Positions 40,428 to 50,252 of a stretch of 64,000 nt of DNA are shown here, one piece after another. The notes under the pieces were generated by a model, which worked only from the letters and a program-made list of their open reading frames with translations, did no database searches and had not been told where the DNA came from. Origin of the DNA: an uncultured Gemmatimonadaceae bacterium (GTDB taxonomy: Bacteria > Gemmatimonadota > Gemmatimonadetes > Gemmatimonadales > Gemmatimonadaceae); NCBI GenBank assembly GCA_963790305.1, contig CAWBOC010000009.1:768001-832000 (forward strand), written 5' to 3'. Each line of letters starts with the position of its first letter. Within the stretch, counting starts at the first letter, position 1. The translations under genes were made by a program, and so were the position numbers.

Positions 40428-43400
40428 CTACCGGCGCACCTCCGTACAGAGCAGCTCGGCGACGTCTTCGAGGGCGAACGGTTTCTCAATGTACGGGCGC
40501 CCACTCTCCGCCAGGAAGGACCGCGCCCCCTCGCTGTCCACGTCACCCGTGGCGAACACCACACGAGCGGCGTGCTCGGGGTCGCTCGCCTGTAGCTCCG
40601 CGAACAGGACATCGCCCGACATGTCGGGCATGCGCAGGTCGAGCAGAATCGCGTCGTACCGACGGGAGCGAGCATGCTCGAGAGCTTCGCGTCCGCTGGC
40701 GACCGCGTCCACCGTGTGCCCCTCGCGCTCGAGATACAGTGACAACGCGGCGCGGAGCGCGGGCTCGTCGTCGACGATGAGCATGGTGCGAGGCGCCGTC
40801 GATCGCTCGGGCGCCACTGGGATCTCGCCGGTGCGAGGGGCGGGCGCATGGACGATCGGCAGCTCGACGGTGAAGATCGCACCCTCACCGAGGCGCGAGG
40901 TCACGCGAATCTGCCCGCCATGCTCGCGAATGATCGCGTCGGAGATCGAGAGGCCGAGCCCCGTTCCTTCGCCGACCGGTTTCGTCGTGAAGAACGGGTT
41001 GAAGATCTGATCCAGCTCCTCCGCGGGAATGCCGGGACCGGTATCCGCGACCGACGCAACGATGAATTCTCCTTCGCGGCGCGTGCGCAGCGTAATCCGC
41101 TTGTCGCCACCGTGGTAGCGGAGCGCCTGCTCGGCGTTCGTCAGCAGATTGAGGATGACCTGCTGCACCTGGAACGCGTCCGCCCACGTGAGCGGAAGGT
41201 CCGGGTCGTAGTCGGTGTCGACCTCGATCTGGTGCGTGCGGAGCGAGTACCGCCGGAGCTCGAGCGTGTCCTGGAGTACCTGGTTGAGATCGGCGTCGGT
41301 GCGCTCGGGATGCCGCTGGCGCGCGAAGATGAGCAGGTTCGAGACGATCTTGGCGGCGCGCTTCGCCTCCTTGTGAATCGTGACGAGCGCGTCCTGCTGG
41401 TCGGGATTCGCGCTGGACATGGCGAGCATGAGCTGCGAGAACGCCATGATGCCGGCGAGCGGATTGTTCAGCTCGTGCGCGACACCGCTCACGAGCTGCC
41501 CCACCGCCGCCAGCTTCTCGCGCTGGAGCAGCTGCTCGGCGAGCGTCCGCTCTTCGGTCATGTCACGCACAATGCCGAGACATCCGGTGACACGCCCCTC
41601 CTCGACGATCGGCGTCATCGTCACCGAGCCGACGCGCAGCGACTCGTGCGCATCCCGATAGCGGATCTCACCACGGACGCGCTCGCCGCGAAGGGTCGCC
41701 TCGAAGTGCGACCACACCGAATCACGGTCGGACGCTTCAATGAGGTCGATGAATCGCATGCCGAACATCTCACCACGCGAGCGACCAATGGCGCGCTCGA
41801 GCGCGCGATTCACCGAAGTGACGCGGCCGTCGGAGTCGATGGTGAAGATGGCGTCCAATGCCGATTCCACGAGGCGGAGGTAGCGCGCCTCGGAGCGAAC
41901 CAGCGCCTCCTCACGTGCGCGATCAGCCGTCAGGTCCCGAACAATGGCGAGCACGCCGATCACATCGTTGCCGCGAAGCATTGGCGTGTTCGTGACGGAG
42001 GCGACGCGACGATCACCGGTCTTCCGGTAGAAGTGGCACTCGTAGCGCTCGGCGGTACCGGCGAGCGCCTCGTTGAAGTGCGTCTTCACCGTGGCCACCT
42101 CTTCCTCTTCGAGCAGGCCGAGGATCGAGCGGCCCAGGAGCTCCTCCCGCCCGTACCCGGTGATCTGACAGGTGGCAAGGTTGGCCGAGGTGAAGGTCGC
42201 GCGCTTGTCGAGCGTGAAGATCGCGTCGGGAGCGGTCTCGAACAGGTTGCGATAGCGGGCTTCCGATTGCGCCACGGCATCGCGCGCCCGACGCTCTTCG
42301 GTGACATCGCGCAGCGAGGCGACGACGCCGGTGATCTGGCCAACCTCGCGCAGCGGTGCGGTACTGATCGCGACGGTACGACGATCGCCGTCGGCGCACA
42401 CGATGATCGTCTCGTAGCGCTGCGGCTCCCCGGCGAATGCCATCTCTTCACGACGCGCGACGTCCTCCCGCAGCTCGGGAACGACGAGCTCGCCGGCGGG
42501 CATGCCCATGATCGCGCCATCGGCATAGCCGAACAGATCGTCGGCCGCGGGATTGGCGAACTCAATGCGCTTCGCGCGATTGGTGATGACGATCGCGTCG
42601 CGTGACGTCTCCACGACGCGGCGGTACCGCTCCGCGAGCATGTGGAACGACGTGACGTCATCGAAGGTGACGACGGCGCCACCGCTGGGATGCGGCGAGG
42701 CCACGACGTCGAATACCTTCCCACGCGCCATCGAGCGCTGGGTCCCGTGACCGGTATGTCCCTCGACCAGCGCCTTGCCGATCACGCAGTCGCTCGGCGG
42801 GTGATGCTCTCGCAACACGGCTTGATAGAACGGATGGCCCACGAGATCCTCAGCGCGCGTGACGTTCGCGAGCTGAAGCGCGCGGGCGTTGCTGCGGACG
42901 ATCCGGCCCTCCGTGTCGAGCACGACCATCCCGCCGGCAATGGCGTCGAAGGCCACCTGCCATTCGCGCGTCGCGCTCGCCACCTCCTCGAACAGTCGTG
43001 CGTTCACGATGGCGACGCCGACGTGATCGGCGAGGCGTTGCAGAACGCGCGCGTCGTCCTCCGTGAAGTCGGCCGCACGGTTGATCGCCGCCAGCGTCCC
43101 AATGGCTCCGCGTGCGGTGATCAGCGGTACGGTGATGGCCTTGTAAATTCCGGCGGCTTCGTGCGCCGGCCCGTATACACCCTCTTCCGGGGCCCGGTTG
43201 GCGATTACGTAGGCGTGACTGAGAAATGCGCGACCGTTGAGGCTGCCAGCGATGGGGAGCCGCATGCCCCGCAGCGCCTCGGTGGCACCAACGGCCTCGA
43301 CGACCTCGAGGTCGTCGCCGTCCTGAAGCGCCACGCAGGCCCCTTCAACGCGCAGCAGGGCGGACGTGTGCCGGAGCGTGAGATTCAGCACATCGCTGAG

Positions 43401-44594
43401 ACGCAGCGACTCATTCACGGCGCGGGCGACATCGGCCAATGCTTCGCTCTGCCGCCGCTCGCGCTGGCTCTCCGCGTACAGGCGCGCATTGGCCAGAGCC
43501 ACCGCGGCCTGCGCGCCCATCGTGAGGAGGACTTCCTCATCCTCGTCGGTGTAGCCGTCGTGCTGTCTCGTGTACGCGGCGAGCACGCCAAGGAGCTGGA
43601 TGCCGACCATGATCGGCACCGCAATGAGCGCGCGCGGCGGCTCATCATCAGCCACCACGTCATCGTCGGCGAGTGCGGTGATCTCGGCCTGTTTCAGTCG
43701 CACCGAGCGACCGGTTCGCGCAACGGTGGCGATCGGGCCACCGCCTAACGGCACCGGAGGCCGCGCCGACGGCATCGAGCGCACCAGGCGCACCAACGTG
43801 ACAATGCGGCGCGTGTCGAGCTCCGGCCGGGCAATGACGATGCCATCGGCGTCGATGACGCGCGCGACCTGGCGCGCGAGCTCGCGCAGGATTTCCCCTT
43901 CCTCGAGCGAACGCGACAGGGCGCTCCCGACGTCGTGCAGGCGTTGCAGCCGCTCCGCGCGCCGGCGGGCGACGTCCGCGAGCGTTGCCTCGGTCACGGT
44001 GAGTACCACCTGGCGGCCAAGCAGCTCGGCGGTGCGCACGAGCGACTCGCTGACGGGTCCCTCCTCCGTCCCGGCGAGGACGAGCAACGCCACCAGGCGC
44101 CCGTCGCGGCGCCGGAGCGGAAGGAGGAGGATCTCCGAGGCATCGAGCGCAACCGCCCCGAGCTCCCGCGTGACCCACGCATCGCGCGTGTCGAGGCGGA
44201 ACGAGGCGCCCGTTCGGAAGCGCGCCAGCTCATCGAGGCGCCGCGGCCATGCCCCCGGATCGCCCAACGCGCGTCTGACCACCGTCTCCGCGTCGGCTAC
44301 CGCACCGGACGCCGCGACGTGCACTGATTGGCCGGGCTCGTCCTGCAAAGCCACCGCCGCACGCGCAAAGCCCAGCGCGCGCATCCCGCGTAGCAGCACG
44401 CCAAGGCGCGCGTCGAGCGATCCCGAGCGCTCCAGGTCACGCAGGGAATCCTGAAGCACCAGCAATCGATCGCGTTCACGCGCCAGCTCGCGCATCGCCC
44501 GCGCCTGCTCCGGTGCGAGCCCCTCGAGCAATGGAAGCGGAGCGGGCGCGGTCGGACGCGACACGGACGTGGCTGACCTTGAGACGTCGGTCAT
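40428..44594 (-). CDS. Hybrid sensor histidine kinase (GAF x2-3, PAS x4, HisKA, HATPase, REC)
   Basis: GVAHELNNPL, NLLTNA, DTGPG, PFFTTK, GTGLGL; C-terminal IVDDE/DLRMP. Confidence 0.92.
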   Translation of the reverse strand: MTDVSRSATSVSRPTAPAPLPLLEGLAPEQARAMRELARERDRLLVLQDSLRDLERSGSLDARLGVLLRGMRALGFARAAVALQDEPGQSVHVAASGAVADAETVVRRALGDPGAWPRRLDELARFRTGASFRLDTRDAWVTRELGAVALDASEILLLPLRRRDGRLVALLVLAGTEEGPVSESLVRTAELLGRQVVLTVTEATLADVARRRAERLQRLHDVGSALSRSLEEGEILRELARQVARVIDADGIVIARPELDTRRIVTLVRLVRSMPSARPPVPLGGGPIATVARTGRSVRLKQAEITALADDDVVADDEPPRALIAVPIMVGIQLLGVLAAYTRQHDGYTDEDEEVLLTMGAQAAVALANARLYAESQRERRQSEALADVARAVNESLRLSDVLNLTLRHTSALLRVEGACVALQDGDDLEVVEAVGATEALRGMRLPIAGSLNGRAFLSHAYVIANRAPEEGVYGPAHEAAGIYKAITVPLITARGAIGTLAAINRAADFTEDDARVLQRLADHVGVAIVNARLFEEVASATREWQVAFDAIAGGMVVLDTEGRIVRSNARALQLANVTRAEDLVGHPFYQAVLREHHPPSDCVIGKALVEGHTGHGTQRSMARGKVFDVVASPHPSGGAVVTFDDVTSFHMLAERYRRVVETSRDAIVITNRAKRIEFANPAADDLFGYADGAIMGMPAGELVVPELREDVARREEMAFAGEPQRYETIIVCADGDRRTVAISTAPLREVGQITGVVASLRDVTEERRARDAVAQSEARYRNLFETAPDAIFTLDKRATFTSANLATCQITGYGREELLGRSILGLLEEEEVATVKTHFNEALAGTAERYECHFYRKTGDRRVASVTNTPMLRGNDVIGVLAIVRDLTADRAREEALVRSEARYLRLVESALDAIFTIDSDGRVTSVNRALERAIGRSRGEMFGMRFIDLIEASDRDSVWSHFEATLRGERVRGEIRYRDAHESLRVGSVTMTPIVEEGRVTGCLGIVRDMTEERTLAEQLLQREKLAAVGQLVSGVAHELNNPLAGIMAFSQLMLAMSSANPDQQDALVTIHKEAKRAAKIVSNLLIFARQRHPERTDADLNQVLQDTLELRRYSLRTHQIEVDTDYDPDLPLTWADAFQVQQVILNLLTNAEQALRYHGGDKRITLRTRREGEFIVASVADTGPGIPAEELDQIFNPFFTTKPVGEGTGLGLSISDAIIREHGGQIRVTSRLGEGAIFTVELPIVHAPAPRTGEIPVAPERSTAPRTMLIVDDEPALRAALSLYLEREGHTVDAVASGREALEHARSRRYDAILLDLRMPDMSGDVLFAELQASDPEHAARVVFATGDVDSEGARSFLAESGRPYIEKPFALEDVAELLCTEVRR

Positions 44595-44639
44595 TCGGGC
44601 GGGATCAGGGAATCACCGGCCACGCGGTGGGGGGAGGCC

Positions 44640-44668
44640 AATGTAGAGTTTCTTGACAGCAGGGTCAA
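44640..44668 (-). promoter_or_regulatory. Putative sigma70 promoter of the histidine kinase
   Basis: Minus strand TTGACC-17 nt-TACATT. Confidence 0.6.
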
Positions 44669-45558
44669 CCGACCCGAGGCAGCAACAGACGTGCGGCGCG
44701 AGGATAGACTTCGATCTCCACCGGCGTCATCCCAACGAGCTCGCCGTCGGCCTGCGCGTCCTGCGGAGGGTAACACTCGATTTGAAAGCGTCTTCCGGAT
44801 CGATACACGACCGCGCGATGAGGGCGGAAGTCCTTGCGTAGCAACCGCCAGGCAATGCCCAGAGCCTCCCACGCGCTCGTCGGAGAAAAGACGCATAAGT
44901 CCAGCTTGCCGTCATCCCGCGCAATGCCGGGGCCGAGCACGATCAAATCGCTGAGGACCGCGCCGAAGTTCGCGACCATCACGGCGGTCGCATCGCGCTC
45001 GACGGTGTCGCCATCGACCGTCGCGCGTACGCGAAAGGTGACGTTGCGCAACGAGGCCCGCAGGGCGACGAACGCGTAGGCGATAATCCCGAGACGCCGC
45101 TTCCAGATCGGTGGGGTGTCGCGGATCATGCGAGCATCGACGCCAACTCCCCATGAGAAGGCGAAGCAACGCCCGGAGGCGAGTCTCCCGAGGTCGACGT
45201 CGGCGACTTCGCCCTTGAGAAGGGCCGTGGCGGCGCGGCGGGTGGCAATGGGGATTCCGAGCGCGCGCGCAACGAGGTTACCCGTTCCGCCGGGGAGGAT
45301 TCCGATTGGGATGCCGCGGCCGGCGAGCGCTCCGACGACCTCCATCGCGGTGCCATCACCACCGAGCGTGAACACCGCCTGGTAGTTCCCGGCGCGCTCG
45401 GCCGCGATCTGGGCGGCGTGGCCAGGCCGCTCGGTCGTGACGACATCGACACGTGCGCCCCGGGCGCCTAACGCGCGCGCGGCCGCGGCGAGGCGGCGAC
45501 GAGCACGACGCGCGGCGGGGTTGGCGACGAGGAGGAACGGCCCCCTCAGAAGCTCCAT
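44665..45558 (-). CDS. Diacylglycerol kinase (YegS/DAGKc) family lipid kinase
   Basis: ANPAA, GGDGT, PGGTGN, QADGE. Confidence 0.88.
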   Translation of the reverse strand: MELLRGPFLLVANPAARRARRRLAAAARALGARGARVDVVTTERPGHAAQIAAERAGNYQAVFTLGGDGTAMEVVGALAGRGIPIGILPGGTGNLVARALGIPIATRRAATALLKGEVADVDLGRLASGRCFAFSWGVGVDARMIRDTPPIWKRRLGIIAYAFVALRASLRNVTFRVRATVDGDTVERDATAVMVANFGAVLSDLIVLGPGIARDDGKLDLCVFSPTSAWEALGIAWRLLRKDFRPHRAVVYRSGRRFQIECYPPQDAQADGELVGMTPVEIEVYPRAARLLLPRVG

Positions 45559-48500
45559 TCCCGGAACAGATCGAGACCGAACTGCCGGGGCCGATTGAAC
45601 TCGACGGCGTCGGTGCGGCAGAGCGCGGCGCTGGTGGCTGGCTCCACGCTCATCTGGAGGGAGAATCCGTGATTCAGCCGGTGCTCGAGGGTAAGACCGA
45701 ATGCGTCGAGAAAGCGGTGGTTCTGCGCGTCCTGTCCGCCAATGGAGCACAGGCCCGCGTTGGCGCTCAGGAAGGTGCGCTCGGTGAGCTGCTTCCCGAA
45801 AGCGATGCGGGACTGCCACAGCAGATTGAGCGGGTCGGTGTCGACCTGGTAGAACTGCCGGTTCTGCGTCGTCTGCAGCTGAAACATGTCGAGAAAGCGC
45901 AGCTGATCGAATATCGCTCGCTCGGCCAGTGCGCCGAGTGTCGGGACCAGCGTGGCGAACGCGGTCTGGAGCTGGCCAGTGTTCTCAGCGACGAACGTCG
46001 GCTGGCCAGATACGAGGTAGCTGAGGATCTGCGTCTCGGAGATCTGGATCCGCTCGTCGCTCGACAGCGCGAGCCGCGGCTGCGAAAGGGTGCCGCCGAT
46101 CGTGACGCGAATGCGGACGTCACGACGGTCGCTGCCCGCCTGACGCACCGTGTGCACGGCGACGATGTCGAGCGCGGGATCGATCACCGGACCGCCGAAG
46201 AAGGTGATCACTCCGCGCTGCACCTCGAACGTGCGGATCACGCCGGGGGCGAGATACATGCGATACGTGCCCCGGTTGGCGAGAAGCGGTCCCTCGAGCG
46301 TGATCTGGTCACCCGTGAGTGTCACGCTCACCGAGCCCTCGAGCTTGATGCTCGCCTCCTGCGAGCGGAGCCATACGTCCTCGCCGATCGCGATGTCAAC
46401 GTTGCTGACCGACATGTTCCTCTTCAGGTCCTCCATCCAGCCCGGCCCGCGCCCGATGGGAGTAATCGCGCTGAAGGATGTCGTATCGATGAACGCACCG
46501 AACTCATCGTCCTCCAGCCGGTCCACGTTGACGATCTGCTTCCGAAGGCGCTCGCGCAGGTATACGGCTCCGCGCTCCACGCGCAATCCGCCGGTGAGGA
46601 GCGAGCCCTCGTAGTTCCCCGCCAGCCGCAGGTCGCCGCTGATGTCGAGGTCGGCAATGCGGCGTTGGCGAATCGCCTGAAAGTTGTTCGCTCTGAACAT
46701 CACATCGAAGGCGGACCGCCGCGCGAGGCACTCCACCAGGGAGATCGACGCGCAGGCACTGTCCTCGCTTTCCGAGAATCGCACACTTCCGCTCAGGAAC
46801 GCGCGGCTGTCGCGCGCCTCACCGCTGGCCATCACCAGACTATCGAGCCGGATCGTCGGGACCGAGTCGCCGGTGAGGGTGAGGCTCCCGTTGATGCTGC
46901 GGAGCAGCGTACCCGTCGAGGCGAGCGCCATCTGCCCGTCGCGAATGAGCACGTTCCCCGCGAAGCTCGGTCGCGTCCACGTTCCGGCGACGTCGAGCCG
47001 AGCCTGCAAGCGGCCGGTCGCGTTGGTCACTCGCGGGACCATCGTTTCTATCAGCGCCAGGTTCATGCTGTCGGCGCGGAGGCTGAGGCGCAGGGAATCG
47101 TCGATCATCCGCTTCTCGACGCTCGTCAGCGCCAGATCGAGCGGGAGGCTCGCCAACAGACTGATCGCCGGCTGGTTGTCACGGACGAGCAGCACCTCAC
47201 CGTCCAGGCGCCGTCGAGCGTAGGTCGCGCGAGCATCGAGCCGGGGAAAGCGAATCTCATCGACGCGCACCGTGTCGCCGGTCGCGCTCAGCCGCATCGT
47301 GGGATCGTCCCGCATGCCGGTGATCGCGAGCTCGAGCGTGAGCAACCCACCTAACGGCGACCGGCTCTGCGCCAGTGCGCCAAGGTCGGCGAGCGGCACC
47401 TGATGCAGCCGGAACGACGCGTCGACGGGCCGATTGGCGGGAAAATCGCCGGCCAGCACGACCCGCGCGCCGCCGTCGGCGACCAGCGCCAGCGAGTCGA
47501 TGCCGATGCTGGTGGAATCGAGCATCACGCGCGCGGGCGCCGCCATCGTCCACTGGCGATCGCCGATCACCGCCCCGAGCGTGTCCACGAGCAGACGGGT
47601 CGTGTCACCGCTGAACGCGTACGCGAGTGACATCCGCCCGCGAGGACCGGTCGCGCTGCCAATGCCGAGCGCCAGCCGGCCCGCGTTGGGGCCAGCGGCG
47701 TCGAGCGCCACGCGCGCCGAGTCGAGGCGCACGCCTGCGACGACGACTGTGTCGAGGGCCAGCGTGAGTAGACCGGCCGGCGTGCGTGGCAGACCCCGCA
47801 CCGCATAGTTGCCGCGCAACGATCGCGCGCGATCGCCGGCGATGAACAGGTCGCGTCCCTCGACGCTTCCGGAAGTCGCGAGCGAATCGATCGAGCCGCT
47901 GAGCCAGCCACTCATCTCGAAGCGTCCGGCGAGGGAATCCTGATAGGCGGTAACGAGCGAGTCACGCCGCGCGCCGGTGGCGGTGTCCTCACGGGCAAGT
48001 GCGCGAGCGCCGCGCCCCGCGCGATCCGTCGGGATCCAGGGACGGAGGCCGCCGAGCGAGTCGACGACGATCGTGTATCGAAGCGAGTCGGGGCGCATGT
48101 CGGCGAGCGAAAGCGCGCCAGATGCGGTCAGGGTGGCTGCCGTCGTTTCGACGCGCATCGTGTCGACCCGCAGCAGCCCGCCGGCGAAGGTGAGCGCGGC
48201 CGTAGAGGGGAAGATGCGGACGCCACCGACCGTCGATCGGTCGAGATCGATCGCAAGCGTCCCATCGAGGTTGGCGAGCGAGTCCCCGCTCAAGTTCGCG
48301 CGGTATTGTCCGGTGAGCCGCGAAGCGAGGATATCCGCGCGCGCGAGCAAGGCTCGCGGGTCGAGGTCCTCCACCGCCCCGGTCATCTGGGCGGCAAAGC
48401 GCGGGGCGGTCATGTCGAAGCGCCCGTCCACGCTCATCATGCCGGCATCGCCGCGCATCGTCGTCGCGAGGACAAGATCCGCCATCGTCCCCTGCACGCG

Positions 48501-50159
48501 GAGCGGACCGGTGTGCGGCCCGCGCGCGGGAAGCGCGGGATACGAACGCGCGAACTGAGTGAAGTCGATCGGCTGCGCGAAGAGGTCGACATCGAACGCC
48601 ATGAGCTCCTCGCCGTACGTCACCCGTCCCGACCCCGTGAACCGCGACTCTCCCGGGCCACCGTCCCGCAGCGTGAGGTCCGCGTCGCTGAAGCGGACGT
48701 CCATCCACGACGAGTCGAGCACGGCCGTGCCCGAGATCGTACCGCGGAGCCGTGGAAAGTCGGCGAAGAGATACTGCGGCGTGCGTAGATCGAGCGTCTC
48801 GATGTCGAGCGAGAGACTGAGAAACTTGGCGAACGCCGGGTCGAGAATGTTGATGCCGCCACTGGCCGTCGCGCGCGTCACCGCTCCCGGCACGTGCTTG
48901 TCGCGGAAGGTGATGTTCGCCTGGTCGACCATGAAGCGGTCGAGGCGACCACCGCGTCCGCGGACGTTACCCGTCAGCGTTCCCTGCCAGTCGACGGGAA
49001 ACGGACCGCCCGCCAGCGTGCGAAAGAGGTCGAAGTCCACCGGCTCCGCGCGCAGGTCCACGTCTTTCACGACAAGCACCGGGCCGCCGACGCCGAACGT
49101 CCAGTCACCGACGAGGTGAGACTTCGCCGCACGCACGTCCATGCGCGTGATGCGATAGTCGATCACGCGTGGGTCGCGCTCGTCGTTCACGATGTGGAGC
49201 AGCATGCGACCGCCGCCCTCCCGCGGGAGCGTCGGGTACACCCACGCGATGTCGGCGAGGGCTACGGTGTCTCCCGCCACCTGCACATCGTATCGCACCG
49301 GGCCCCGTTGCTTCCAGTGCACCATACCGCGCGCGCGACCGGTGGAGCCGGGCAGGTCGAAGTGCGTGATGTCGAATCGCACCGTGTCGTCCCCGATGCG
49401 AACGGGACCGCGCACGTCGCGGAACTTGAATGGGGGATCGCTCTCGTCCACATCCATGTCGCCGACGACGATGAGACGGCCCGCGCTGTCGGGATCGGCG
49501 ACGCGAGCGAACGGCGCCTCGACCTGGAGTCCCGTCCACCGCCACGTCTTCTTCAGCCCTTCCTTCGTCTCACGAATCTCGTGACCACCCGTCGTGCGCG
49601 CATACGCGAGCGCCGAATCGCGCTGGCGGGCGGTGAGCGTGTCGGAGGGCGACCACGGCATGGTGACGATGACGGTACCGTCACGAATGGTCGCGCTGTC
49701 AATGACGATGTAGTCGCCGAAGCGGCGATCGGGAGTGCGAACGCGCGGGGCACCCTTCGGGAACACGCGCCGGTAGTTCCATACGCCGTCCGAGTGCCGG
49801 CGCAGGTTCACGAAGGGCTTGTGGATGACGATGTGCTCGATGAGCAGGCGCTTGTCGATGATGTCGCGCGGATCGTAGTTGATCTCGATGGGCCCCGCGC
49901 TGACGAAGAGGGAATCTTCCTCGTCGCGGATGGCGAACGAGTCGACGACGACGCCGGTGAGGAGCCCGCCGCTGATGCGCCCGATGTGCATCGTGCCCCG
50001 CTTGCCGAGCTTCGACGCGACTTGCGCCTGGAGGTAGCGGCGCACGTAGTCCCGTCCAAGATCCGTCTGCGTCACCGATAACACAGCCGCCGCCGCGACG
50101 ACTCCAATGAGGAGCATCGCGGCGGCGCTGATGATGGCGACGAGACGGCGACGGGACAT
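45546..50159 (-). CDS. tamB: Translocation/assembly module TamB-like protein
   Basis: N-terminal anchor, long beta-rich body and C-terminal DUF490-like region (GTLSQPRLALSS); adjacent to an Omp85 gene. Confidence 0.8.
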   Translation of the reverse strand: MSRRRLVAIISAAAMLLIGVVAAAAVLSVTQTDLGRDYVRRYLQAQVASKLGKRGTMHIGRISGGLLTGVVVDSFAIRDEEDSLFVSAGPIEINYDPRDIIDKRLLIEHIVIHKPFVNLRRHSDGVWNYRRVFPKGAPRVRTPDRRFGDYIVIDSATIRDGTVIVTMPWSPSDTLTARQRDSALAYARTTGGHEIRETKEGLKKTWRWTGLQVEAPFARVADPDSAGRLIVVGDMDVDESDPPFKFRDVRGPVRIGDDTVRFDITHFDLPGSTGRARGMVHWKQRGPVRYDVQVAGDTVALADIAWVYPTLPREGGGRMLLHIVNDERDPRVIDYRITRMDVRAAKSHLVGDWTFGVGGPVLVVKDVDLRAEPVDFDLFRTLAGGPFPVDWQGTLTGNVRGRGGRLDRFMVDQANITFRDKHVPGAVTRATASGGINILDPAFAKFLSLSLDIETLDLRTPQYLFADFPRLRGTISGTAVLDSSWMDVRFSDADLTLRDGGPGESRFTGSGRVTYGEELMAFDVDLFAQPIDFTQFARSYPALPARGPHTGPLRVQGTMADLVLATTMRGDAGMMSVDGRFDMTAPRFAAQMTGAVEDLDPRALLARADILASRLTGQYRANLSGDSLANLDGTLAIDLDRSTVGGVRIFPSTAALTFAGGLLRVDTMRVETTAATLTASGALSLADMRPDSLRYTIVVDSLGGLRPWIPTDRAGRGARALAREDTATGARRDSLVTAYQDSLAGRFEMSGWLSGSIDSLATSGSVEGRDLFIAGDRARSLRGNYAVRGLPRTPAGLLTLALDTVVVAGVRLDSARVALDAAGPNAGRLALGIGSATGPRGRMSLAYAFSGDTTRLLVDTLGAVIGDRQWTMAAPARVMLDSTSIGIDSLALVADGGARVVLAGDFPANRPVDASFRLHQVPLADLGALAQSRSPLGGLLTLELAITGMRDDPTMRLSATGDTVRVDEIRFPRLDARATYARRRLDGEVLLVRDNQPAISLLASLPLDLALTSVEKRMIDDSLRLSLRADSMNLALIETMVPRVTNATGRLQARLDVAGTWTRPSFAGNVLIRDGQMALASTGTLLRSINGSLTLTGDSVPTIRLDSLVMASGEARDSRAFLSGSVRFSESEDSACASISLVECLARRSAFDVMFRANNFQAIRQRRIADLDISGDLRLAGNYEGSLLTGGLRVERGAVYLRERLRKQIVNVDRLEDDEFGAFIDTTSFSAITPIGRGPGWMEDLKRNMSVSNVDIAIGEDVWLRSQEASIKLEGSVSVTLTGDQITLEGPLLANRGTYRMYLAPGVIRTFEVQRGVITFFGGPVIDPALDIVAVHTVRQAGSDRRDVRIRVTIGGTLSQPRLALSSDERIQISETQILSYLVSGQPTFVAENTGQLQTAFATLVPTLGALAERAIFDQLRFLDMFQLQTTQNRQFYQVDTDPLNLLWQSRIAFGKQLTERTFLSANAGLCSIGGQDAQNHRFLDAFGLTLEHRLNHGFSLQMSVEPATSAALCRTDAVEFNRPRQFGLDLFREWSF

Positions 50160-50164
50160 GGTGA

Positions 50165-50252
50165 AGGGCGCTAGGGGCGCTAAGGGCGCTAGGAGCGCTA
50201 ATGTGGTTAGGGTTTCAGCGCCCTTAGCGCCCCCAGCGCCCTTAGCGCCCTA
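50165..50252. repeat. Inverted tandem-repeat element, family 3 variant (AGGGCGCTA)
   Basis: agggcgctaggggcgctaagggcgctaggagcgcta...cagcgcccttagcgcccccagcgcccttagcgcccta; supplies the Omp85 stop codon. Confidence 0.9.
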
